Of a stretch of 32,000 nucleotides of DNA, positions 25,021-32,000 are shown piece after piece (position 1 is the first letter of the stretch; each line of letters begins with the position of its first letter). The DNA is from Candidatus Saccharimonadota bacterium (GTDB lineage Bacteria > Patescibacteriota > Gracilibacteria > UBA4473). The DNA lies in assembly GCA_963677105.1 (NCBI GenBank), contig OY781871.1, positions 660,001 through 692,000 of the forward strand, written 5' to 3'. The notes under the pieces are model-generated. The model did no database searches. It saw nothing but the letters and a program-made list of their open reading frames with translations, and was not told the DNA's origin. The position numbers and the translations under genes were made by a program.

Positions 25021-25710
25021 ATGAATAAAAAAATTGCAATTCAGACTTCTCCATTTGGTCCCTTTTTAGAGACAAATGATATAAACGCCAATATTTTGGT
25101 AAGAACAGGGATAGATAATTTTTTTCAATTAGAAACTGCTTCTGAAATTTTGGAAGAGTGGATAACGCGATATATTGAAGTTAGCCCAAGAGAACTTTAT
25201 ATGTCAGTAGGCTTAGCGCCAGAGTATGAATCTATTGGGAAACGAATTCTAGAACCTCTTAAATTATCGAAGAAATATTATTGTTTAGGCGAATATTTAA
25301 CTTCCATAGCAATGAGTGGATTGGCAATGGAAATGATGACGATTTTGACATGGGAAATTAGTGACAAAACATTTCAAGGGAAAATATTTTCTTCAGCTAA
25401 GCAGAAAAAATTGTTTGGTAAAAAATTTAATGATTTATCGCAATATAGAAAAATTGAAATATTGGAAATATTGAACATCATCACTGATGATTCGGCTGAA
25501 ATAATGCATTCAGTACGCGATATCAGAAATAAATATACACATAAATGGGTAATTTCATCTGAAACCGAAAAAGAGGAAGCAAAGAAATGTTTTATTGATT
25601 CAATGAAAATATTTAAAGGTTTAACAAAAATAGGATTAGCAGAAAAAGATGGTGTACGAAAAGTTACAATGGAACCAGCTTTGTTAAAATTCTTGAAAGA
25701 TTTAGCGTAA
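25021..25710 (+). CDS. Hypothetical protein with a HEPN-type Rx4H motif (DUF4145/Abi-like helical domain suspected)
   Basis: 229-aa ORF starting 10 nt after porB. The C-terminal half is helical and carries SVRDIRNKYTHKW (RNxxxH, the HEPN RNase signature). This motif is preceded by LSQYRKIEILEILNIITDDSAEIMH and by an earlier helix, YYCLGEYLTSIAMSGLAMEMMT, a layout like DUF4145-type HEPN domains. The family assignment rests on motif and layout only. Confidence 0.5.
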   Translation: MNKKIAIQTSPFGPFLETNDINANILVRTGIDNFFQLETASEILEEWITRYIEVSPRELYMSVGLAPEYESIGKRILEPLKLSKKYYCLGEYLTSIAMSGLAMEMMTILTWEISDKTFQGKIFSSAKQKKLFGKKFNDLSQYRKIEILEILNIITDDSAEIMHSVRDIRNKYTHKWVISSETEKEEAKKCFIDSMKIFKGLTKIGLAEKDGVRKVTMEPALLKFLKDLA

Positions 25711-25717
25711 ATATACG

Positions 25718-26650
25718 CTATTCCAAAAATTTTTTATGCGTCTTTTTCAAATCAGCATTTACTACGTGTGTATAAATTTGCGTTGTAGAAATATTTGAAT
25801 GTCCAAGCATTTCCTGAACAGAACGCAGTTCTGCGCCATTTCGTAATAATGTTGTAGCAAATGTGTGACGTAAAACATGTGGTGTAACCGGTCGTGTGAT
25901 TCCAGCACGAATTCCTCGCTTGCGAATCATAACTTCAATAGAAGTACGAGAAAGGCGACGATTTTCTCCACTCAGTTCATCCCTTCCTTCTGTTTTTTGC
26001 GCTCCACGAGTATTCAAAAATAACGGTTTGAGAACATCCGTTCTCGTGTCGAGATATTTTTCTACCGCTTCACAAGCGCGTTCGGTGACAAACACAACAC
26101 GAACCTTTTTTCCTTTTCCAACCACAGCAAATTCCTTGAGTTTCAAATTCACGTTTTCCACATTGAGATTCTGTAATTCAGAAACACGTAATCCAGTCGA
26201 ATACAAAAGCTCAACAATAGCGCGATCGCGAAGGTTTATTTGATTATTTTTACTGCAATCAGTTTCTCGCAGTCGTTCCAATTCTTCCTGCGTAATTCCA
26301 CTCACATCACGCGGATCGTTTTTTACGAGCTCAATTTTTTCCGGAGAAAGAAGATTTTTTCCCAAATCACGGCGATGACAAAATTTCAGAAACGTTCGAA
26401 CCGGGATGAGATAAATATTTTGTGTCGAACGAGAAATTCGTTTTCCCGAGTGGATTGATTTTTTTTCAAAAATTCTATCGCGAAAATCATCGATTGTTTC
26501 AATGGTGATCTTCTCTAATTCAATATTTTCTCCAACCGTTTCCATCAATAATTCCAATGCGCGCGAGTAATTACGAATCGTATTTTCGCTCGCATTTTTC
26601 ACCTGTTCGAGGTTTCGTAAATACCGTTTCACGGCATCTTTTAAAATCAT
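25718..26650 (-). CDS. Tyrosine site-specific recombinase, XerC/XerD-like
   Basis: N-terminal SAM-like core-binding domain. Catalytic residues visible: TGLRVSEL (Arg I), HVLRHTFATTLL (HxxR) and LGHSNISTTQIYTHV (His/Tyr). ATGA overlap with the fbp stop at 26647-26650. Confidence 0.85.
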   Translation of the reverse strand: MILKDAVKRYLRNLEQVKNASENTIRNYSRALELLMETVGENIELEKITIETIDDFRDRIFEKKSIHSGKRISRSTQNIYLIPVRTFLKFCHRRDLGKNLLSPEKIELVKNDPRDVSGITQEELERLRETDCSKNNQINLRDRAIVELLYSTGLRVSELQNLNVENVNLKLKEFAVVGKGKKVRVVFVTERACEAVEKYLDTRTDVLKPLFLNTRGAQKTEGRDELSGENRRLSRTSIEVMIRKRGIRAGITRPVTPHVLRHTFATTLLRNGAELRSVQEMLGHSNISTTQIYTHVVNADLKKTHKKFLE

Positions 26651-27561
26651 TTTAACGCCTCAACAGCTTTTTCAACTTCACCTTTTGATCCAATAAAAAT
26701 CGTTGTTCGTTCGTGCTGTTCTTTGATTTCTAGATCGAGAAGACTTGTCCCATCTTTATCGAGCGCAAGTCCACCAGCTTCTTTGAAAATCATTGCAAAA
26801 GGAGCGCATTCAAACGCGAGTCGTAATTTTCCATTTGGATGTTTTGCACATCCTGGATAGGTGAAAATTCCTTCTCCTTTTTTCAAAATATGATGAAGGT
26901 CAGGAACCATTCCTCCAGAATATCGAAGCGTTCTTCCTTCAGCGATATACTTTTCCACTAACGTTAAATATTTCGGATTTACGGCTGTCGCACGAAGATT
27001 TCCAGGAGCAAAATATTTAGACGTGTCTTTTAATTTCAAATCTCGTTGAGTGAGCATAAATTCTCCAACGTCATTCATTTCAAAAACAAACACACCTTTT
27101 CCTTTGATAGCCACAATTAATTCTACTCGTGGTCCATAAATTGCATACGCAGAAGCGATGAGATCTTTTCCTTTTTTCCCAACTAATTCACATCCTTCCC
27201 AGATTCCAAATATAGATCCAATAGTTAAGTTTGCACTTACTAAAGAACTTCCATCAAGCGGATCAAAAGCGACAGTGTATTTTCCACGTGGCGCGTCAAA
27301 TCGAATCAATTTTTCTTGTTCTTCACTCGCACAACATGCAACGAGTTGTGAATATTCAAGCTGTTCTATCATAATTTTATCGGACAAAACATCGAGCTTG
27401 AGTTGTTCTTCTCCAGAAGAATTCTGGGATGTTGCTACACCAGTATTTCCAGCACGAAGAGAAAAGTTTATGTATTTCACTCCACGAGCGATATGATACA
27501 AAATGGAACGAATATCGGAAGGCGTTTCTACTTCTCGAAGCGTGTGATTGAATGAGTACAT
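26647..27561 (-). CDS. fbp: Fructose-1,6-bisphosphatase, class I
   Basis: The metal-binding signature AFDPLDGSSLVSANLTIGSIFGIW, GEEQLKLDVLSD, and the C-terminal YSGGMVPDLHHIL...GGIF.YP pattern match class I FBPase. Confidence 0.85.
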   Translation of the reverse strand: MYSFNHTLREVETPSDIRSILYHIARGVKYINFSLRAGNTGVATSQNSSGEEQLKLDVLSDKIMIEQLEYSQLVACCASEEQEKLIRFDAPRGKYTVAFDPLDGSSLVSANLTIGSIFGIWEGCELVGKKGKDLIASAYAIYGPRVELIVAIKGKGVFVFEMNDVGEFMLTQRDLKLKDTSKYFAPGNLRATAVNPKYLTLVEKYIAEGRTLRYSGGMVPDLHHILKKGEGIFTYPGCAKHPNGKLRLAFECAPFAMIFKEAGGLALDKDGTSLLDLEIKEQHERTTIFIGSKGEVEKAVEALK

Positions 27562-27602
27562 GATTGTAGGGGATTTGAAGTTCAGGGGAATCCTATCACT
27601 TT

Positions 27603-28166
27603 TTATTCACGTCGGAAAGATTGGCTCGCTTCTGGCTCAGGTATTGTTTTTCGCAAAATCTCAGCAGGAGTGTTTGTTTCCGCCTTTTCGAGAACAATTG
27701 GTGCTGAAACAAAAATACCATTTGTTTCTATTTTTAAAATTTGGCGTCGATGAATTATATGTGTTTTTTTCCATAGGAAGACTCCTTTCGTTACTTCGAT
27801 AGAAATAAGACGCGGAGAAAGAGTATCAAAAGAGAGGTTTTGGCATTCTCCAATCTTTACAGATTTATTTATCTGCTCAAAAACAGGAGCTTTAATGATT
27901 TGTATTTCGTGCTTTAATACGTCTTCAATACGAGGAAATTCTTCAGGAGAAATGAGATTTGTAGGAGAATCTATAAAAACTTCCTTTCGTGTCCAACGTT
28001 GAATTTCATCTACAGCTAACAACTTCATTCCGTTTGTTGTGCGAATCCAGAGTGCCGGAATATCGCCAGTGAGAGAATTTACTACTATGTCGCGGACTTG
28101 TCCGAGAGGCGTTCCATCATGAGAGAGAACCCAGCTTTTTCGAACTTGTTTCCATGTAGTTAACAT
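27603..28166 (-). CDS. Hypothetical protein, probably PRC-barrel-like (two repeats)
   Basis: VLSHDGTPLGQVRDIVVNSLTGDIPALWI resembles the PRC-barrel core, and a second similar half follows. Overlaps the pth stop by 7 nt. Confidence 0.45.
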   Translation of the reverse strand: MLTTWKQVRKSWVLSHDGTPLGQVRDIVVNSLTGDIPALWIRTTNGMKLLAVDEIQRWTRKEVFIDSPTNLISPEEFPRIEDVLKHEIQIIKAPVFEQINKSVKIGECQNLSFDTLSPRLISIEVTKGVFLWKKTHIIHRRQILKIETNGIFVSAPIVLEKAETNTPAEILRKTIPEPEASQSFRRE

Positions 28167-28696
28167 TTGATTTGATCTATAAATTTTTCTATTCCTTCTT
28201 TGATAACAGTATTTATTTGAGACAATTCTTCTTTTGAAAATTTTCCGAGGACAAATTTATCAGTAGGAGCTTTTTCGAGAAGATCATTTTTTATTCCAAA
28301 TTTTAATCGTGGGAATTCTTGTAATCCGAGAACATTTACAATCGATTTTATTCCGTTATGACCGCCACTTCCGCCATTTTGTTTTATCCGAAGAGTTCCA
28401 AATGGAAGATCTACATCGTCATGCCAAATCCATATATTTTCTGGCGTAAGTTTATAAAAATGAGAAAGAGCTTGAACAGCTTTTCCTGAAACATTCATGT
28501 ACGTATTTGGTTTCAATAATATCACTTTGTCCTGTCCAATTTGTCCGGTGCTAATAGCACCAAAGAACTTTTTTTCTTCTTTCCATGGAGAAAAATCGTA
28601 TTTTTTTGCAAATTGTTCGATTGCTAAAAATCCAAAATTATGACGAGTTTTTTCGTATTCTTTTCCGATATTTCCAAGACCGACAATAAGTTTCAT
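28160..28696 (-). CDS. pth: Peptidyl-tRNA hydrolase
   Basis: MKLIVGLGNIGKEYEKTRHNFGF...MNVSGKAV...HDDVDLPFGTLRIKQNGGSGGHNG is the canonical Pth pattern. The ORF-track N-terminal extension to 28768 lacks homology, so I take the ATG at 28696 as the start. Confidence 0.9.
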   Translation of the reverse strand: MKLIVGLGNIGKEYEKTRHNFGFLAIEQFAKKYDFSPWKEEKKFFGAISTGQIGQDKVILLKPNTYMNVSGKAVQALSHFYKLTPENIWIWHDDVDLPFGTLRIKQNGGSGGHNGIKSIVNVLGLQEFPRLKFGIKNDLLEKAPTDKFVLGKFSKEELSQINTVIKEGIEKFIDQIKC

Positions 28697-28704
28697 CAGA
28701 GTGA

Positions 28705-29142
28705 TTGTACTTTTTTCAACAGAAAAATAAAATGCATATGATGCGACAACAAAATGTTTATAATTCACGAAATATATTCTTCTTGGTGGGAGTATTTGTG
28801 ATCATTTTTATATTGTTGTTTTCTTTGGCAAACTTCTATCATGAAAGTCAGAAAATTAATGATGAAATTGAGCAAATTCGTGTACAAAACGCAATGGCAC
28901 GCGCTGAATTACAGGAAAAAGAGCGACAATTACGGTATATGGAAACAGCTGAACGAATAGATAAGGAAGCAAAAATGCAAATGAGTAAAAAATTACCAGG
29001 AGAAGAGGTTTTAGTTTTTGTGGGAAATTCTACTGAACAACAAAATAATTTAGGAGCAGCTCAATTAGCACTTCCACAACCATTATCGAGAACTCCATTA
29101 CAACAATGGAAATGGATGTTTTTTGATCGGTTTGAGGAGTGA
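28705..29142 (+). CDS. FtsB/DivIC-like septum formation initiator (single TM plus coiled coil)
   Basis: A TM segment (IFFLVGVFVIIFILLFSLANF) is followed by a coiled coil (INDEIEQIRVQNAMARAELQEKERQLRYMETAERIDKEAK...). TTG start at 28705, with a probable ATG at 28732. Confidence 0.55.
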   Translation: MYFFQQKNKMHMMRQQNVYNSRNIFFLVGVFVIIFILLFSLANFYHESQKINDEIEQIRVQNAMARAELQEKERQLRYMETAERIDKEAKMQMSKKLPGEEVLVFVGNSTEQQNNLGAAQLALPQPLSRTPLQQWKWMFFDRFEE

Positions 29143-29326
29143 TTTAACGTTCTTTTTGTTCAGCATAAAAAGAACCAAAAAGCTCGTTTCTGTTGTTCAT
29201 TCGTGAACGAAAATTTCTCGTTTATTAAACTGTTTTTGGCAGTTTAAGCATTCACTTTGAAAAATCGTTTTATCACTCATTCACAAAGGCAACAATTATA
29301 AATTGTGGAGAAGTGAAAAATTATAT

Positions 29327-29360
29327 AAAAAAAAGAGAAAGACGGAATTTGTACTTTCTC
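29327..29360 (-). terminator. Rho-independent terminator after rpsI
   Basis: Hairpin gagaaag/ctttctc at 29335-29360. On the minus strand it is followed by T8 (the A-run at 29327-29334). Confidence 0.6.
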
Positions 29361-29391
29361 CTTTGATATTTGATATTTTAAGCGTAGCGCC

Positions 29392-29796
29392 CTAACGTTT
29401 TGAGAACTGAGCTGCTCGACGAGCTTTTTTCAATCCTGGTTTTTTACGTTCTTTCACACGAGGATCTCGTGTAAGAAATCCAGCCTCTTTTAATTGAGGA
29501 CGAGTCTCTGCTTGTTTTTTTATTAATGCACGAGCTACTCCTAAACGAGCTGCCTCTGCTTGTGCAATTTTTCCTCCACCAGAAGTTCGGATAATAAGAT
29601 CAAAATCTTTTTTAAATCCTAAGATAGCAAGTGGTTCAAGAACAACTTTCAACATTTCTGCTGTATCTGCCCATTCACGAGCAGTTTTGTTGTTAACAAT
29701 TACATCACCAGTTCCTTCAGGAAAAAGTTTTACAGTCGCGCGCGCCGTTTTTCGACGACCTACTGCGTAAAAATATGCCCGATTTTCATTTACCAT
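29392..29796 (-). CDS. rpsI: 30S ribosomal protein S9
   Basis: YYAVGRRKTARATVKL...GGGKIAQAEAARLGVARAL...RDPRVKERKKPGLKKARRAAQFSKR is a canonical S9 sequence, including the C-terminal SKR. Confidence 0.95.
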   Translation of the reverse strand: MVNENRAYFYAVGRRKTARATVKLFPEGTGDVIVNNKTAREWADTAEMLKVVLEPLAILGFKKDFDLIIRTSGGGKIAQAEAARLGVARALIKKQAETRPQLKEAGFLTRDPRVKERKKPGLKKARRAAQFSKR

Positions 29797-29807
29797 CTGT
29801 GGGGGAA

Positions 29808-30239
29808 TTAAAGTTCAAGGGGTTTTGCTTGTTGTGCTGAGTGAGGATTTTCATTCCCAATAACTAGTAACAAGCGTTTCATTTGTCCAGATCGAAGACG
29901 TGTTTTCGGTAACATCCCGCTTACAGCATCTTCTAAGATACGTTTTGGTGATTTCTCACGAACATCACTCAATGATTGAGTTTTCAAATGTCCAAGATAT
30001 CCAGAGTGACGATAATATTTTTTATCTTCTTCTTTGTTTCCGGTTACGGATACTTTTTCTGAGTTCAATACAATAACGTAATCACCACCATCAACATGAG
30101 GAGTAAAATCTACTCGACGTTTTCCACGGAGAGTGTCAGCAATAGCAACTGCTAATTGTCCAAGAGTTTTTCCTTCTGCATCTACAATCCACCATTGGCG
30201 ATCTGTATTTTGTACGTTTTGTCGGAGCGTGGTTTTCAT
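29808..30239 (-). CDS. rplM: 50S ribosomal protein L13
   Basis: WWIVDAEGKTLGQLAVAIADTLRGKRRVDFTPHVDGGDYVIVLNSEKVSVTGNKEEDKKYYRHSGYLGHLK is a canonical L13 sequence. Confidence 0.95.
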   Translation of the reverse strand: MKTTLRQNVQNTDRQWWIVDAEGKTLGQLAVAIADTLRGKRRVDFTPHVDGGDYVIVLNSEKVSVTGNKEEDKKYYRHSGYLGHLKTQSLSDVREKSPKRILEDAVSGMLPKTRLRSGQMKRLLLVIGNENPHSAQQAKPLEL

Positions 30240-30604
30240 TTTTCTGAGATAAGGTCAACTTGCATAATAAGTGCGGAATCACCATCGCGTAATCCAATAC
30301 GAGTAGCACGAGTGAAACCAGAAGTTTTCTTTGTATTTTTTGCAAATTCAACAGCTGCACGTTGTGAAGCTTCAGTGAACAAAACTTGTTTTGCATCACG
30401 AATAGCATTGAATTCTTCATTTTTCAAAAGAGAACGCTTGAGCAATGTAACAAGTTTCTCTCCCTCCGCCTGCAAAACTTTTGCTTTTGCGTTTGTTGTT
30501 TTTACTGATCCTTTTAAGAACAAAGAAGTCATTAAGTTTCGCAACATAGCTTTTCGCTGATCTGCGGGACGATTTAGCGTAGCCTTTCCACTTCGATGTC
30601 TCAT
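30236..30604 (-). CDS. rplQ: 50S ribosomal protein L17
   Basis: MRHRSGKATLNRPADQRKAMLRNLMTSLF...KTTNAKAKVLQAEGEKLVTLLK matches the L17 pattern. 4-nt overlaps with both neighbours. Confidence 0.9.
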   Translation of the reverse strand: MRHRSGKATLNRPADQRKAMLRNLMTSLFLKGSVKTTNAKAKVLQAEGEKLVTLLKRSLLKNEEFNAIRDAKQVLFTEASQRAAVEFAKNTKKTSGFTRATRIGLRDGDSALIMQVDLISEK

Positions 30605-31617
30605 TTTGTTTCCTCAGTATTAAATGATGGCAGTTCTGTTACTGCCGGAACGTATCCACGATCAACTAAAACTTGATCGAGCTCAGTTTTTGCCTTTTGT
30701 CCAAATCCACGTAATTGTACTAATTGGTTATTTGGAGTTGATAATAATTGCTCAACAGAAGTAATTCCTCCATTGACCAACGCATTAAGTGTTCGTTGTG
30801 ATAATCCCAAAATATCAATTGGAGTAAAAGCAACTTCTTGTGCTTCAGTTGCTGCAGCAGCAGCAGATTCACGACGTTTTTTCAATTCATCAAATGTTGT
30901 AGTAAACTCAGCATCCGTATATGCGTCTTCTGTATTAAACAATTGGAAGTAATTTTCTATAATTCCAGCAGAAAGTTTAATCGCATCTTGAGGATCAATT
31001 GTTCCATCAGTATCAACCATCAAAGTAAGTTGATCAAGATTAATTTGTTCTCCAACTCGTGCAGGAGAAATATCATATTTTACGAGAGTAACAGGAGAGA
31101 AGTTTGCATCTAAAAGGATTACTTCAGAATCTTCTTCTTTCGCAGAATCAATATTTGACACCATTCGGTATCCAACACCTTTTTCTACTCGTAGGGTAAT
31201 TTTCTTTTTTGTATTTGCTCCGTTACAAGTAGCAATTACTTGTGATGGATCAAGAATCTCGATATCTGATGAAATTTTTAAATCAGCAGCAGTAATTACT
31301 CCAGTTTTTTTCAAAGCAACGGTAATTTCTTCAACTCCTTTTGAATGTTTTTTCAATCGAAGTTGTCGAATGTTTAATCCTATATCAAACACAGATTCTT
31401 TTACACCTTCAATAGTGGTGTATTCATGTGTTATTCCATCAATTTTCATAGCAGTTACAGCGCATCCTGGCAAACTCGATAACAATACTCGACGAAGGGA
31501 ATTTCCCAACGTAACTCCGTATCCCGAAGGCAATGGTGTCACAACCAATTTGGCTGTATTTCCGTCCCGCGTGATCTTCAACTGCGGTGCGCCGATCTCA
31601 TCGTGAAGAATGTGCAT
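30601..31617 (-). CDS. rpoA: DNA-directed RNA polymerase alpha subunit
   Basis: The N-terminal domain (PLPSGYGVTLGNSLRRVLLSSLPGCAVTAMKIDGITHEYTTIEGVKESV) and the C-terminal HhH domain (IDILGLSQRTLNALVNGGITSVEQLL...LVQLRGFGQKAKTEL) are canonical. Confidence 0.95.
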   Translation of the reverse strand: MHILHDEIGAPQLKITRDGNTAKLVVTPLPSGYGVTLGNSLRRVLLSSLPGCAVTAMKIDGITHEYTTIEGVKESVFDIGLNIRQLRLKKHSKGVEEITVALKKTGVITAADLKISSDIEILDPSQVIATCNGANTKKKITLRVEKGVGYRMVSNIDSAKEEDSEVILLDANFSPVTLVKYDISPARVGEQINLDQLTLMVDTDGTIDPQDAIKLSAGIIENYFQLFNTEDAYTDAEFTTTFDELKKRRESAAAAATEAQEVAFTPIDILGLSQRTLNALVNGGITSVEQLLSTPNNQLVQLRGFGQKAKTELDQVLVDRGYVPAVTELPSFNTEETK

Positions 31618-31653
31618 TAAGAAAAGGGTAAAAAAGAATGTGTATGTATATTT

Positions 31654-32000
31654 TTATCGTGAGTAGAACTCAACGATCATTTGTGATTCAACAGCTTGTT
31701 CAAAATGTTGAGAAGCTGGTACGTCAGTAATTTCAATTTGTAATTTTTTGGAATCTACTTTCATCCATGTTGGAGCATCAAGATTAGAGCTCTCATCTAA
31801 ATTTTTCTTAAATACAGCAGATCCTTTTGATTTCTGACGAACTTCAATAATATCTCCTACACGAACCTGAATTGATGGAACATCGACACGACGTCCGTTC
31901 AACATAAACAATCCATGAGAAGCGAATTGACGAGCTTGCATTCGAGTCAGAGCAAAACCAGATCGATATAAAACGTTATCTAATCTTCGCTCTAATAACT
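31654..32000 (-). CDS. rpsD: 30S ribosomal protein S4, C-terminal part (gene continues beyond the window)
   Basis: The frame stays open upstream of the track's Met. My translation reads ...LLERRLDNVLYRSGFALTRMQARQFASHGLFMLNGRRVDVPSIQVRVGDIIEV, which is the S4 RNA-binding domain. It sits in the expected rpsD-rpoA-rplQ order. Confidence 0.9.
   Translation of the reverse strand, partial: LLERRLDNVLYRSGFALTRMQARQFASHGLFMLNGRRVDVPSIQVRVGDIIEVRQKSKGSAVFKKNLDESSNLDAPTWMKVDSKKLQIEITDVPASQHFEQAVESQMIVEFYSR

Noticed and set aside
25718-26650. Tyrosine recombinase as the integrase of an island bounded by the nearby tRNAs
   Set aside because: It lies on the 5' side of tRNA-Thr, which is the wrong side for a tRNA-3'-end insertion. 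It is translationally coupled to fbp and has no excisionase, phage or conjugation neighbours. It remains possible that it acts on the att-like scars in trans, but nothing in the sequence shows that.
28697-28768. 24-aa N-terminal extension of the pth ORF in the track (MNYKHFVVASYAFYFSVEKSTITL)
   Set aside because: Pth proteins begin with the MKLIVGLGN motif, which starts at the ATG at 28696. The extension would also overlap the divergent divIC-like gene start region.
1-32000. Alternative genetic code (UGA recoding as in some CPR lineages such as Gracilibacteria/SR1)
   Set aside because: TGA terminates ORFs at sensible ends (fbp, the MFS-like gene, the divIC-like gene, elp3). Long conserved genes (uvrA, rpoA) have no in-frame TGA. 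The standard code 11 fits.

Overview
AT-rich, very gene-dense bacterial chromosomal window. It uses the standard code: TGA acts as a stop and long conserved genes are uninterrupted. Many gene junctions overlap by 4 nt (ATGA). Gene content suggests a small-genome Patescibacteria/CPR-like organism: many membrane-anchored hypotheticals, ComEC, a LysM-M23 peptidase, soluble orphan kinases and fused enzymes. This lineage call is inference only.

Recognisable content, left to right:
- PFOR genes: porA fragment and a gamma-delta fusion.
- Two hypothetical envelope proteins.
- A bacterial Elp3-type radical-SAM/GNAT enzyme, translationally coupled to an MFS-like transporter.
- A small stand-alone ORF.
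- tRNA-Arg(TCT).
- Class II fructose-bisphosphate aldolase.
- A sugar-nucleotidyltransferase/GT2 fusion.
- A tight 4-gene envelope/DNA-uptake operon: 721-aa anchored protein, LysM-M23 peptidase, short ComEC, GT4.
- uvrA followed by two paralogous soluble histidine kinases.
- A tRNA-binding-domain protein, tRNA-Met(CAT), a FolB-like protein and tRNA-Thr(TGT).
- A lone porB, then a HEPN-motif protein.
- A pth / PRC-barrel / fbp / xer operon, and a DivIC-like gene.
- The rpsD-rpoA-rplQ-rplM-rpsI block.

I found no rRNA, CRISPR array, transposase or obvious prophage.

The most unusual signal is non-coding. Both minus-strand tRNA genes (Arg, Thr) are followed by homologous hairpin-rich units of about 105-135 nt. 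Each unit ends in a partial duplicate of that tRNA's own 3' end including CCA, and the Arg duplicate is an exact 19-mer. A third, more diverged unit sits in tandem at the Arg locus. This looks like att-type scars or a non-autonomous tRNA-targeting mini-element family.

Secondary points of interest are the HEPN (RNKYTH) protein appended to the orphan porB, the uvrA-linked kinase pair with no response regulator, and the ComEC operon.
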